Source of the DNA: a virus
DNA: 64,000 bases
IMG/VR virus record: IMGVR_UViG_3300046506_000220
Span: 1 to 64,000 of that record
Direction: 5' to 3' (one strand)
The position numbers and the translations under genes were made by a program. The notes below the pieces were generated by a model, which was not told the DNA's origin, did not search any database, and saw only the letters and a list, made by a program, of their open reading frames with translations. Positions 9,910 to 19,200 of the stretch are shown one piece after another. Every line of letters begins with the position of its first letter. Within the stretch, counting starts at the first letter, position 1.

Positions 9910-10314
9910 ATGAGCAACGCAATTGGTAGCGGCGTATCGCTTCGCGGTTTCTATGATGACGACGCGCAGTACACGTTCCTGCTCGCGGCGGGTATCACCC
10001 GTGACGATCAGGGCAAGGCCGTCACGCTCGACCCCACCGCGGTCAACACCGTGAAACTGAGCGACGACGGGGAGCGCATCATCGGCCGGCTGGAAGTGGT
10101 GGAAATCCGCGCGCAGGAAGGTGTGAATGTCGGCACCGTGTCGATCCAGGGGTCGCTTGACTACCCGGTCAAGGACGGCGAGGTGCTGGTCAACGGCGAC
10201 TCACTGGTGGGCGGTGGCGGAGGTACGGTCAAGAAGGCGGGGACCGGCGTGTTCACCAATCTTGTGGCGACCGGCGAGATGAACGGCACGAACATCGTCG
10301 CCATCAAGGACTAA
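9910..10314 (+). CDS. Putative capsid decoration protein
   Basis: 134 aa, Gly/Val-rich, immediately before the major capsid gene. Confidence 0.55.
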   Translation: MSNAIGSGVSLRGFYDDDAQYTFLLAAGITRDDQGKAVTLDPTAVNTVKLSDDGERIIGRLEVVEIRAQEGVNVGTVSIQGSLDYPVKDGEVLVNGDSLVGGGGGTVKKAGTGVFTNLVATGEMNGTNIVAIKD

Positions 10315-10328
10315 AAGGAAAGAACATC

Positions 10329-11516
10329 ATGGCTGACCTGATCGATATTCCCCGTCAAGCGCCCGAAGTTGTGCTGGCTGGCCTGCGGCCGGCTGATCCG
10401 AGCGACCAGGGCCGCTCGGCCGATGCAGGTCGACGTCTCGTGCGTCTTGCTGCGGATGTCGGCCTGGGCATGCGTGATTACCTGACGCTGGCGATTGACC
10501 CGCGGACCTCGTCCGAAGCGCAACGCTACGATGGCCTGAATGGCTACGAAGCGGCGCTCGCCTATCTCAACCTGCCGGTACGTCAGGATCTTGAACAGGG
10601 TGTGCTGCTGCAGGCGGCGTCTGAATCGTTCCAGACCTATCCGGGCACGCGCGCGATGTTCCCGGAGGTGATGGATGACATCCTGCGCTGGCGCAACCGT
10701 CAGGACCAGCTCGAACAGGTCGGCCCGCTCGTGTCGCAGTCGCGCACGATCAGCGGCGCCGAGATGATCTCGACCTTTGTCGATGACGACTCGAACGAAC
10801 GTGGCACGTATACGGTGAGTGAATTCGGCCAGGTGCCGGTTCGCACGATCCGTACGTCGCAACAGACCGTCGGCATCTTCAAGCACGGCTCGGGCTACCG
10901 GACCTCCTACGAATTCAACCGCCGCGCCTCGCTCGACATCATGACCCCGTTCGCCGCGCGCGTCGCCCGTGAGCTGGAGATCTCGAAGGTGCGCGCGGCC
11001 ACCAGCACGCTGATCAACGGCGACGGCATCAACCCGGCCGCCCCGGTGGTGCAGGTATCGGCCTTCGGCGGGGATGCCACCAAGGCGTTCTCGACCAACT
11101 ACAAGGCGCTGGCCAAGTGGCTGATGGCGCGCGCGAAGGCGGGGTATCCGATCGACACGATCCTGGGTAACTACGACATGTTCGTCGAGATCCTGTTCAT
11201 GTTCCAGCCGGTGCTGGGTCTGGGGGGCTTCACGGATATCCAGGCGCTGGTCGCGCAGGGCACGCCGAAGATCAACACGAACCTGCCGATCCTCAACAAG
11301 TCGGTCAATTTCGCGTTGTCCTCGGGTGTGCCGGAAGGTCAGCTGGTCGGCTTCACGGTGGCTGAGACGCTCGAAGAACTGGTTGAAGCCGGTTCGAACA
11401 TCGCGGAAAACGAGCGTTCGATCGGGAACCAGTCGATCACCTACGTGCGCACCGAGAACACCGGCTACAAGCTGGCGTTCCCCGACACGCGCCAGGTCCT
11501 CGACGTGGCTCACTGA
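10329..11516 (+). CDS. Major capsid protein
   Basis: 395 aa with strong RBS; followed by a terminator; synteny; VSEFGQVP and INGDG features of HK97-fold capsids. Confidence 0.75.
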   Translation: MADLIDIPRQAPEVVLAGLRPADPSDQGRSADAGRRLVRLAADVGLGMRDYLTLAIDPRTSSEAQRYDGLNGYEAALAYLNLPVRQDLEQGVLLQAASESFQTYPGTRAMFPEVMDDILRWRNRQDQLEQVGPLVSQSRTISGAEMISTFVDDDSNERGTYTVSEFGQVPVRTIRTSQQTVGIFKHGSGYRTSYEFNRRASLDIMTPFAARVARELEISKVRAATSTLINGDGINPAAPVVQVSAFGGDATKAFSTNYKALAKWLMARAKAGYPIDTILGNYDMFVEILFMFQPVLGLGGFTDIQALVAQGTPKINTNLPILNKSVNFALSSGVPEGQLVGFTVAETLEELVEAGSNIAENERSIGNQSITYVRTENTGYKLAFPDTRQVLDVAH

Positions 11517-11535
11517 GCCCCGGCCCGGGCTGGAG

Positions 11536-11569
11536 AAAAAAGGCCCGCCCTCACCGGGCGGGCCTTTTT
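11536..11569. terminator. Bidirectional rho-independent terminator
   Basis: AAAAAAGGCCCGCCC-TCACC-GGGCGGGCCTTTTT. Confidence 0.85.
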
Positions 11570-11586
11570 CAATTACGGATGGCACC

Positions 11587-11910
11587 ATGAAGATTCTCGC
11601 GCAGACCCTTGGCACCTTTCAGCTGCTCGACAACCTTACCGGGGATCTGATCCCGGCGTCGCGCCCCGCCGTCATCACGAAAACGAGCTTCACCACCGCG
11701 CGCGCCGCGATCGAGCAGGTCAGGATCCTGGCCGAGCTGAAGGACGACGCGACCGACGCCGAATTCAGAAAGCACTGGGAGGAGGCCGGGGGTGACTACG
11801 ACCTCGCGGTTCAGTCATTCCTGTCGGCGTATGGCGCGGACCCGGCCGTTGAGGTAGCGGAAACAGAGGCCCAGCCCGCCCCCTCGAAGCGCCGGGGCCG
11901 CGCATCATGA
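11587..11910 (+). CDS. Hypothetical virion-module protein
   Basis: MKILAQTLG...; ATGA overlap with the next gene. Confidence 0.6.
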   Translation: MKILAQTLGTFQLLDNLTGDLIPASRPAVITKTSFTTARAAIEQVRILAELKDDATDAEFRKHWEEAGGDYDLAVQSFLSAYGADPAVEVAETEAQPAPSKRRGRAS

Positions 11911-12635
11911 AATGGTTCCTGGCCGGTGAAGACATCACGCTCGAGGCCGAGGTGGTGGCTGGCGGCATTCCCGCCCAGCCGGATGCCGGCACGGCCAGCG
12001 GCACCGTGCGCGACCCGGCCGGCACGATCCTCCCCGGCCTCGACCATGTCCCCCTTGACGTACCGGGCACCACCATCTCGCTGGTCGTGCCTGCGGCGCA
12101 GAATCTGCTTGCCAGCGGCGCCGACTCCGAGGCCCGGTACGTCACCTTTATCTACCGGGTGAACGGCCAGAGCCACCAGCAGACGCTTGCCTATGCGCTC
12201 TATCCCTTCCTGCCTCTCGAAACCAACGAGGACGCGGTACGGGCCGTTATGGGCCTCTCCGTTGACGAGCTGCCCGATGACGACATCGAGATCATCCCGG
12301 CCTGGTTCAACCTGCGTGATGAGTACGGCACCGACTTCACGAACGCCTTCACGATGACGGGACCCAGGCGCACGGCGGCCAACCGTGTGCTCGCGGCGCG
12401 CGCGGCACTCAATACGCTGCCTTCGCTGCAGCTGCGTCTGGTGCAGTCCCGGCAGGTCGAGAATGCGCAGTTCTCCCGCTGGGACTGGATCGATTTCGAC
12501 AGGCTCAAGAGCGACCTCGTCGGGGTGCTCAGCTCGAACCTCCAGCTGCTCAGCACCAGCCTGGCGCTGACCCTGGCCACCCAGCAGACTTTTTTCACCG
12601 TCTCCCATCCCGTTGACCCGCTGACCAACGCCTGA
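11907..12635 (+). CDS. Putative head-tail adaptor
   Basis: Synteny; overlapping start/stop with neighbours. Confidence 0.5.
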   Translation: MKWFLAGEDITLEAEVVAGGIPAQPDAGTASGTVRDPAGTILPGLDHVPLDVPGTTISLVVPAAQNLLASGADSEARYVTFIYRVNGQSHQQTLAYALYPFLPLETNEDAVRAVMGLSVDELPDDDIEIIPAWFNLRDEYGTDFTNAFTMTGPRRTAANRVLAARAALNTLPSLQLRLVQSRQVENAQFSRWDWIDFDRLKSDLVGVLSSNLQLLSTSLALTLATQQTFFTVSHPVDPLTNA

Positions 12636-13147
12636 TGAGCCACCTCTCCCCCCTGAACCGCGAGCTGGTCAACCTGTCGCAGGGCAACGCGAAGCTCTGG
12701 GGGATGGTGAGCGCACCGATCGCCCGTACCGGCACCGAGGCCTTCGGGCCGCCGCAACGGATGCTGCATGCGCGTCGCGGTTCCGTGGCCCAGGCGGGCG
12801 ACATCGTGATGGATCTGGGCGAGCGTTATGTGCTCGGCTTTTTTAACCAGACCGCGAGCGACGCCATCTTTCGCATGTACCGCCTGCCCTTCCTCGCTGA
12901 TGTCAGGCGGATGGTGACGACGGCCGACCCCGTCAGCGGCTTTCCTCGCAATACCGGTGAGCAGACGGTGGCCCGTGCGTGGTATGACCTCCAGCCGAAT
13001 GGTTTCGGCAAGGATCTCGACAAGCTCAACCGGGCGAAGTACCGGCTCATCACGGGCTTTGCGCTGAAGGTCGGTGATGTGCTGGATGGCCACAAGGTGG
13101 TGAGCGTTTCGCTCGAGCTGGGCGTCAACGTGGCCGAGGCGGAATGA
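12635..13147 (+). CDS. Putative head closure protein
   Basis: Synteny; TGATG coupling. Confidence 0.45.
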   Translation: MSHLSPLNRELVNLSQGNAKLWGMVSAPIARTGTEAFGPPQRMLHARRGSVAQAGDIVMDLGERYVLGFFNQTASDAIFRMYRLPFLADVRRMVTTADPVSGFPRNTGEQTVARAWYDLQPNGFGKDLDKLNRAKYRLITGFALKVGDVLDGHKVVSVSLELGVNVAEAE

Positions 13148-13923
13148 TGGCACCGGCCTCGCTGTCGGACCAGTCCGCCGCGCTCAGGGCGTTCGTGGAA
13201 GACCGTTTCTTCTCGACGGTGACGGACCAGCTGGCCGCGTCCGCCGACGGGATCGGGGTCGAGATCCAGTCCGTGCTGACGCAACTGCTGAAGGGCTTTT
13301 TTGCCAGCCTGGCGGCGAAGCTCAATGGTCTGGACGAGCCTTTCGAGGAGATCCGGCCGATTGTTGGAGGATCGTGGATCCCGCTGGGACTTGAATACGA
13401 GAAGTACCGCAAATTCGGCCAGACTGACTACTTTGTGTACTCCGAGCTGCCGATCCTGCGTCGGCGCACGTACCGGTCAAGGAAGCTCAGGCGCACCACG
13501 ATCGGCCTCAAGCGTGACCGGACGGAGAGCCTGCGTAACCAGATGAAGCGCATCAACAATTTCGCCGAGCTTTACGGTGCGGTGATCGTCAACCTTGAAT
13601 CCCACACCACGATCAACAGGGGGGGCCGGCGCCAGTACAAGGCCGGCACCCTGCGCGAGGGCGTCCGGGTGGGTGGACAGATCACCAGGAAATCGAGCGA
13701 TTTCGTCAGCATCGTAGTTGACTGGGTCCCCAATCTCACGGGGCAGGATGTGCTGGTGCGAGGCGTGACTGAAGAGAAGCTCAACCCCCGGATCAAGCGC
13801 AAGCTGCTCAATAGTCAGGATGCCTACCGGCCGCTGATCGGGGCCTACCTGCTCTTTTACCAGAACACCACCGTCAGGGACATCATCCTTGGCACCCTTC
13901 GGAAATATGGCGGCGCCCCATGA
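13144..13923 (+). CDS. Putative neck / tail completion protein
   Basis: Synteny; basic protein; ATGA coupling. Confidence 0.45.
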   Translation: MMAPASLSDQSAALRAFVEDRFFSTVTDQLAASADGIGVEIQSVLTQLLKGFFASLAAKLNGLDEPFEEIRPIVGGSWIPLGLEYEKYRKFGQTDYFVYSELPILRRRTYRSRKLRRTTIGLKRDRTESLRNQMKRINNFAELYGAVIVNLESHTTINRGGRRQYKAGTLREGVRVGGQITRKSSDFVSIVVDWVPNLTGQDVLVRGVTEEKLNPRIKRKLLNSQDAYRPLIGAYLLFYQNTTVRDIILGTLRKYGGAP

Positions 13924-14378
13924 TCAGCACCAACGTCTATGAAGATCATCTGAGCAGCCTGCTGAAGTTCTGCACGGACTTTGCGGCGAGCATCAGTGTC
14001 GACGGAGAGCCCGCGTTTCAGGCGGTCTTCTTCGACGCCTATGACGAGTTCGACCAGCTGCCGGCTGGTTCCCTGATCGGGCCTGCCGGCTATGCGCTCG
14101 ATGTCGACGAACATGTGGTGACCATCAAGGTGATGATCGGCGTGGCCACCGAGATGGATCCGAACACCTTCCGGTTGACGAAGGCGATGGGGAAGTTGAC
14201 CCAGCGGCTGCTGCCGACCCGACGGATTGCCGTGTTTGATGCGGACACTGGCACCGCGATCGGCACCCTGACCGTGCTGGATGGTATTCGCGTGCTGCCC
14301 GAGGCAGGCGGCGGCGGACGGTCCATGAAGTACCTTGCCTTCATGGCCTCGTCCGATGTCACTGCGGATCTTTCTTGA
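13920..14378 (+). CDS. Putative tail terminator
   Basis: About 150 aa, just before the major tail protein. Confidence 0.5.
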   Translation: MISTNVYEDHLSSLLKFCTDFAASISVDGEPAFQAVFFDAYDEFDQLPAGSLIGPAGYALDVDEHVVTIKVMIGVATEMDPNTFRLTKAMGKLTQRLLPTRRIAVFDADTGTAIGTLTVLDGIRVLPEAGGGGRSMKYLAFMASSDVTADLS

Positions 14379-14556
14379 GGAAACTCTCCATGAGTTGCCG
14401 GTCGCGGTCTACACCCGCCTGGATACCCGCTTCGACCAGGAAGTGGATCTCGGAATTGCGGGTGCGCTTGTTCAGTTTGCGGCGTGCATCCACCTGGGCG
14501 ACCAGCGAACGCGGGAGCCGCGTGGTGAAGGCGATGATTTCGTCATTGTTTTCCAA
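14359..14556 (-). CDS. Arc/Mnt-family ribbon-helix-helix regulator
   Basis: TTG start after an AGAAGGGGG RBS; FTTRLPRSLVAQVDARRKLNKRTRNSEIHFLVE resembles Arc FNLRWP...RSVNSEI. Confidence 0.7.
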   Translation of the reverse strand: MENNDEIIAFTTRLPRSLVAQVDARRKLNKRTRNSEIHFLVEAGIQAGVDRDRQLMESFLKKDPQ

Positions 14557-14650
14557 GATGGTGCCCCCTTCTACCAAACAAAACCTTTGATTGTTGATGG
14601 TAGCAAACGTAGCATCCCGTAACCAAGGATTTATTCGAGGAGAACTAACG

Positions 14651-15442
14651 ATGGCTGGCGAAGCAATTACCCAGAAGTTCATGCTCGGAACGGCCACCGT
14701 GATGATCGGTGCCCAGGCCGACCTCTTCAATCTGAATCCCGCAGAGCACTCGATTGGCCTCGTCAAGAATTTCTCGATCAGCGGCCAGCCGGCGTACACG
14801 GAACTGACCCAGGGCGTGAAAAACTCGGTCGTGTATTCGGTGATGACGGGCAACCCGGTCACGGCCACGATGGAGGTGTACGAGCACACCTCGAAGACGC
14901 TCACATACAGCCTGGGGCTCGATGGCTCCGCACTGTCGGCCAGTACCGTTTCGACGACCACCAATGCCGATACGCCAGCCAACCCGGCCGGCAACGCGGT
15001 GATCCCGGTGGCGCTCGTGACCGGCTTTGCAGCTGGCGACTGGCTGCAGGCCCAGGTGCCAGGTCAGGGCGATAAGCTGCTGGTCGCCCAGGTGAAGGAG
15101 ATCGACGACACCGCCAAGACGATTACGGTCGCCGATGCGCAGTCGTTCTCATACGCGCTGCCGATGGGCACGGTCGTGAAGAAGGTCAACGTCATCGGTG
15201 TCGGTTCGAAGGCCGACCAGCCGTTCCTGTCGGCCAAGATCGTCGGCAACCTCGCCGATGGCATGCCGGTGGCGCTGCTGATCCCGAAGATCCGCATCAC
15301 CGGGGGCTTCACGCTCGCGTTCAAGACCGACGCGTTCGGCAACCTGCCCTACAAGTTCCAGCCGTACGACCTGACGGCAACCGATCCGTTCTACGCTGAC
15401 TTCCTGCCGTACGGTCAGGCACTGCTGGCGGCGGCGTCCTGA
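14651..15442 (+). CDS. Major tail tube protein
   Basis: GAGGAG RBS; position before the chaperones and tape measure. Confidence 0.7.
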   Translation: MAGEAITQKFMLGTATVMIGAQADLFNLNPAEHSIGLVKNFSISGQPAYTELTQGVKNSVVYSVMTGNPVTATMEVYEHTSKTLTYSLGLDGSALSASTVSTTTNADTPANPAGNAVIPVALVTGFAAGDWLQAQVPGQGDKLLVAQVKEIDDTAKTITVADAQSFSYALPMGTVVKKVNVIGVGSKADQPFLSAKIVGNLADGMPVALLIPKIRITGGFTLAFKTDAFGNLPYKFQPYDLTATDPFYADFLPYGQALLAAAS

Positions 15443-15531
15443 TGCGTGAGGTGCCTGCTGGTACCTTGAAAACCCTTGATGAACCAGCCCACCGGTTGCA
15501 ATAATCGGTGGGCTTTTTCATTGAGGATTCC

Positions 15532-15978
15532 ATGTCTTCCACCGCCAGAAAGCTACCTCCCCCAGCCCCGAATCCGCGCATGAAGCTCACGGTCAACGGT
15601 GTTGAGCGCGAGCTGTTCATGTCGTTCGGCCTGCTCAACGAGATCTGCCGTGGTGTCGGTGACGTCCAGGGGGCGATCGCGATCCCCACCAATGCCGAAC
15701 TGCGTGACTACGCGCTGATGGTGGTGCTGTCCGAGCGCGATCCCACCAACGGCGAGGTGATCACCCCCTGCAACCTGCATCTGCTCGATATCAGCACCGG
15801 GGAAGCGGAAAACCTGCTGGCCTGGATCTCTGAGCATGTGACGGATTTTTTTCTGCGGACGATGGAGAGAGTCGTCCGGACGCAGAGGGGCAACGAGGGC
15901 CGCTTCAGGGATCTGGCGCGGCCGGCGCCAAACCCGCCGGAAAGCTCAACGCCTACACCGACTGGTTCCGGGGCCTGA
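15532..15978 (+). CDS. Tail assembly chaperone (G-like)
   Basis: Position; contains in-frame slippery T TTT TTT at 15846-15852. Confidence 0.65.
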   Translation: MSSTARKLPPPAPNPRMKLTVNGVERELFMSFGLLNEICRGVGDVQGAIAIPTNAELRDYALMVVLSERDPTNGEVITPCNLHLLDISTGEAENLLAWISEHVTDFFLRTMERVVRTQRGNEGRFRDLARPAPNPPESSTPTPTGSGA

Positions 15979-16268
15979 ATTTTATCGAAGGCCTTTGCTG
16001 GGCCTTTGACACGGTGCCTTCGCAGGTGGGAAAGATTATCTGGATGTACACCCGCGAGGACATTAAAATTCGCACACGGTTGCGGCTTGGCGAAGGCCAG
16101 GCGCATCACGTGCAGCAGTTCCAGACGATTGCCACCCTTCTCTCCGGGTTTCTCGGCCCTGCTCCTGCCACAGAGTCAACCGCTGAAACATCCGACTCAT
16201 CGTCAGGAGTGCCTAAAAACTTCGAGGATGCGCAACGTCAACTCGCAGCGGTTTTTGGGAAAAGCTAA
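15846..16268 (+). CDS. Tail assembly chaperone, -1 frameshift extension (GT-like)
   Basis: The -1 frame is open from just before the slippery site to TAA at 16268, which abuts the tape measure ATG. Confidence 0.6.
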   Translation, partial: FFSADDGESRPDAEGQRGPLQGSGAAGAKPAGKLNAYTDWFRGLNFIEGLCWAFDTVPSQVGKIIWMYTREDIKIRTRLRLGEGQAHHVQQFQTIATLLSGFLGPAPATESTAETSDSSSGVPKNFEDAQRQLAAVFGKS

Positions 16269-19200
16269 ATGGCTGGCGAAAACGAGATCAAGAAAGCGGA
16301 GATTGGCCTTGGCGTCACTGACGAGACGTTCCATAGCTATCAACGCCTGATTTCGATGTTGGGCACGGTCTTCGACCAGTTGACGAAGATCCAGGGTTCT
16401 GCCCGCAACATCAATCTCGGTGGCGTGTCGTTCAACGACCCTGACAAGGCCGGTTTTACCGAGCAGCTGGCGGGTCTGCAAAGGGACCTGCGTACCCTGC
16501 TGAACGCGATCCGGCAAGGTACCCCGAACGCGCAGATCAACTCCGCGATCCTCGCGAACCAGCGCGCCAATCTCCAGTACAGCGACAGTCGCGTCGACCT
16601 GGAGATGACGAAAAACGCGAACGCCGCGGCGGAACGTCGCGTGATGCTGCAAAAGCAGCAGAACGTGGCCGCCGAGGCTTCCCGCGCGTATGCCATCGAG
16701 CAGATCGGCCTGTCGCGCGAGATCCAGCAGGTGACCGAGCGGGTCGCCATCGCCCAGGAGCGCTACCGCAACGCCCTCGTCTCGACTGACGTCACCGCCG
16801 CGACGGCCGCCAAGCGGGAGATCCGCGACGGTCGCGATCGCCTGAACCAGCTTCAGGAAGAACTGAACCTGCGCGAGCGCGGTGCAAAGGTGCGCCTGGG
16901 CAATGTGCTGGATGCCGGGGGCGACTCGTCGATCGCCAATGCGCAGCTGGCCGCCGTCACCGCGGGCAAGGCCGAGCTGAGGGAAGCCCAGCGCATGGTG
17001 GCCGCGGCGGTGCGGCAGGCCGAGACGCAGGCCAATGCGCAGCTGCGTGCCGCCCAGGCACCGATCGATCGCGCATTCACGGTGGCCACCGCTGAAGACC
17101 GCCGTCGTTACGTCGACGCCAACATCGCGGCCGGCAGGGTCGGCCCCGACCGCACCCGTCTGGAACAGTTGCGTGACCGGGTCGCGGCCCAGCAGCAGGC
17201 GGAAGCGGAAGCCGGGCAGGCGGCGCTTGACCGGCAGGGGGCGAAGGTCGGCCCCACACGTGAGCGTCTGTTTGCGCTGCGCGACAAGGTCGCCGCGCAG
17301 CAGCAGAAGGAAGCGGAGGCGGAACAGGCGGCGCTTGACCGGCAGGGTGCGCAGGTCGGTCCCGCGCGTGAGCGCCTGCTCGCGCTGCGTGACAAGGTTG
17401 CCGCGCAACAGCAGAAGGAAGCACAGGCCGAGCAGGAGGCACTCAACCGGCAAGGCGCGCAGGTCGGTCCTGATCGTGTGAGACTTCAGGCGCTGCGCGA
17501 CAGGGTCGCCGCGCAACAGCAGAAGGAAGCGGATGCCGAGCAGGCGGTGCTCAACCGGCAGGGCGCGAAGGTCGGCCCCGATCGCGCGAGGCTCCAGGCG
17601 CTGCGCGACAAGGTTGCGGCCCAGCAGCAGAAGGAAGCGGAAGCTGAACAGGCAGCGCTCAACCGGCAAGGCGCGCAATTCGGCCCCGACCGCTCGACGA
17701 TCTACAAGCTGCGGGATCAGCTCTGGGAGCAGCAGAAGAAGAGCGACACCATCTTTGAAACGATGTTGCGGCAGGCCCAGATCTACAACAAGAAATGGGA
17801 AGAGGACCAGAAAAAGCAGGCTGGTGTGGGCCAGAGCGACGCCGACATACGCCAGCGGCGCTACGGCCAGGTTTTTGGCGATGGTGGGGCGGCCCTCGCG
17901 CTCACGCAGACAGGTCTCACGGCGAACTACATGCTCACGCGGGGGGTCGCCACCGCATTTGCGGATGCGATCCGGTTCACCGTCGAGTATGGGGAAGCGC
18001 TCGCCCATCTGCGCACCATCACGAATGCCTCGGATGGCCAGATGCAGACGTTCAGGGAGACGATTGAAGGTGTCTCCAATGCCACCCGCTATAGCGCGGT
18101 TGATCTGACCAGGGCCGCGGCTTCCCTGTCGGAGACGGGCGTCACGGCCAGTCAGATGAAGGTGGCGCTCAAAGGCGTCGCGGATCTTGCGACGGCCACC
18201 GGCGAAGACTTCGCCACGACGGTTGATACCGTTACGGGCGCGCTCGGGGCATTCAAGCTGTCGGCCACCGATTCGGTTCAGGTCACGAACATGATCGCCC
18301 AGGCGGTCAACGGTTCGCGCCTGACGATGGAGAAGCTCAAGGGGTCTTTCGAGACTACGGGTGAGACCGCGAGCGAAGCCGGCGTCTCGTTCAAGGAGCT
18401 GCTGGCGGCAACCGAGGCGATCGCGAACACGGGCTCGGCCTCGGGCGCGACGCTCTCCACCGGCCTGCGGCAGCTGCTGATCGATCTTGAAAAGCCGAGC
18501 CAGAATTTCAAGATGATCCTGGCTCAGGTCGGCCTGACTGAAGAGGATATCAACGTCAAGACCCAGGGCCTGTACGGCGCGATGCGCAACCTGCATGACG
18601 CCGGCTTCACCGCCGCTGACGCGATGCAGTCCTTCAACGCGCGCAGCTCGGCGGCGTTCACGGCGCTCTCAGGCAACCTCGGCGCAATGGCGACCTTCGA
18701 GGGCCAGCTGAACAACACCGACGCCGCGACGCGCGCGACGACCCAGCAGATGGACACGCTGGGCGCCCAGTTCGACCGCTTCAAGAACCAGACCTCCCTG
18801 CTGGTCGGCGAAGCCTTCACGCCCCTGCTGTTCGGCTTCAAGGAGCTGATCAAGCTGGCTTCCGACCTGGAAACGAACATGCGTGGCGCGGGAGCCGGGG
18901 TCGAGGTAATCGGTACCGCGTTAGGCGGGGCTGCACTCGCGGGCGCTGGACGATATGTCGGCGGGCTGGCCGGGGGTCTGACCGGGATGGCGGTGGGTGG
19001 ATTCAAGGCGGCGGCTGCCGCGGCAGAGGTTGGAGGTCAGATGGGTGTGATCGTTGCCGCCGCCGCCGCCGCGGTGGCGGGTATCGCTTATCTGGTTCGC
19101 GCGCTCAGTGATACGAACAAGGCGTTCGATGCTCAGGTCACGGCCGTGAAAGCGGCGAAGGACGCGCAGTCGGAAAGTCAGCAGGGCATGGACAGCCTCG

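Noticed and set aside
16203-18596. 797-aa antisense ORF, and similar long antisense ORFs over the primase, polymerase and radical SAM genes
   Set aside because: Typical high-GC shadow ORFs opposite genes with clear motifs.
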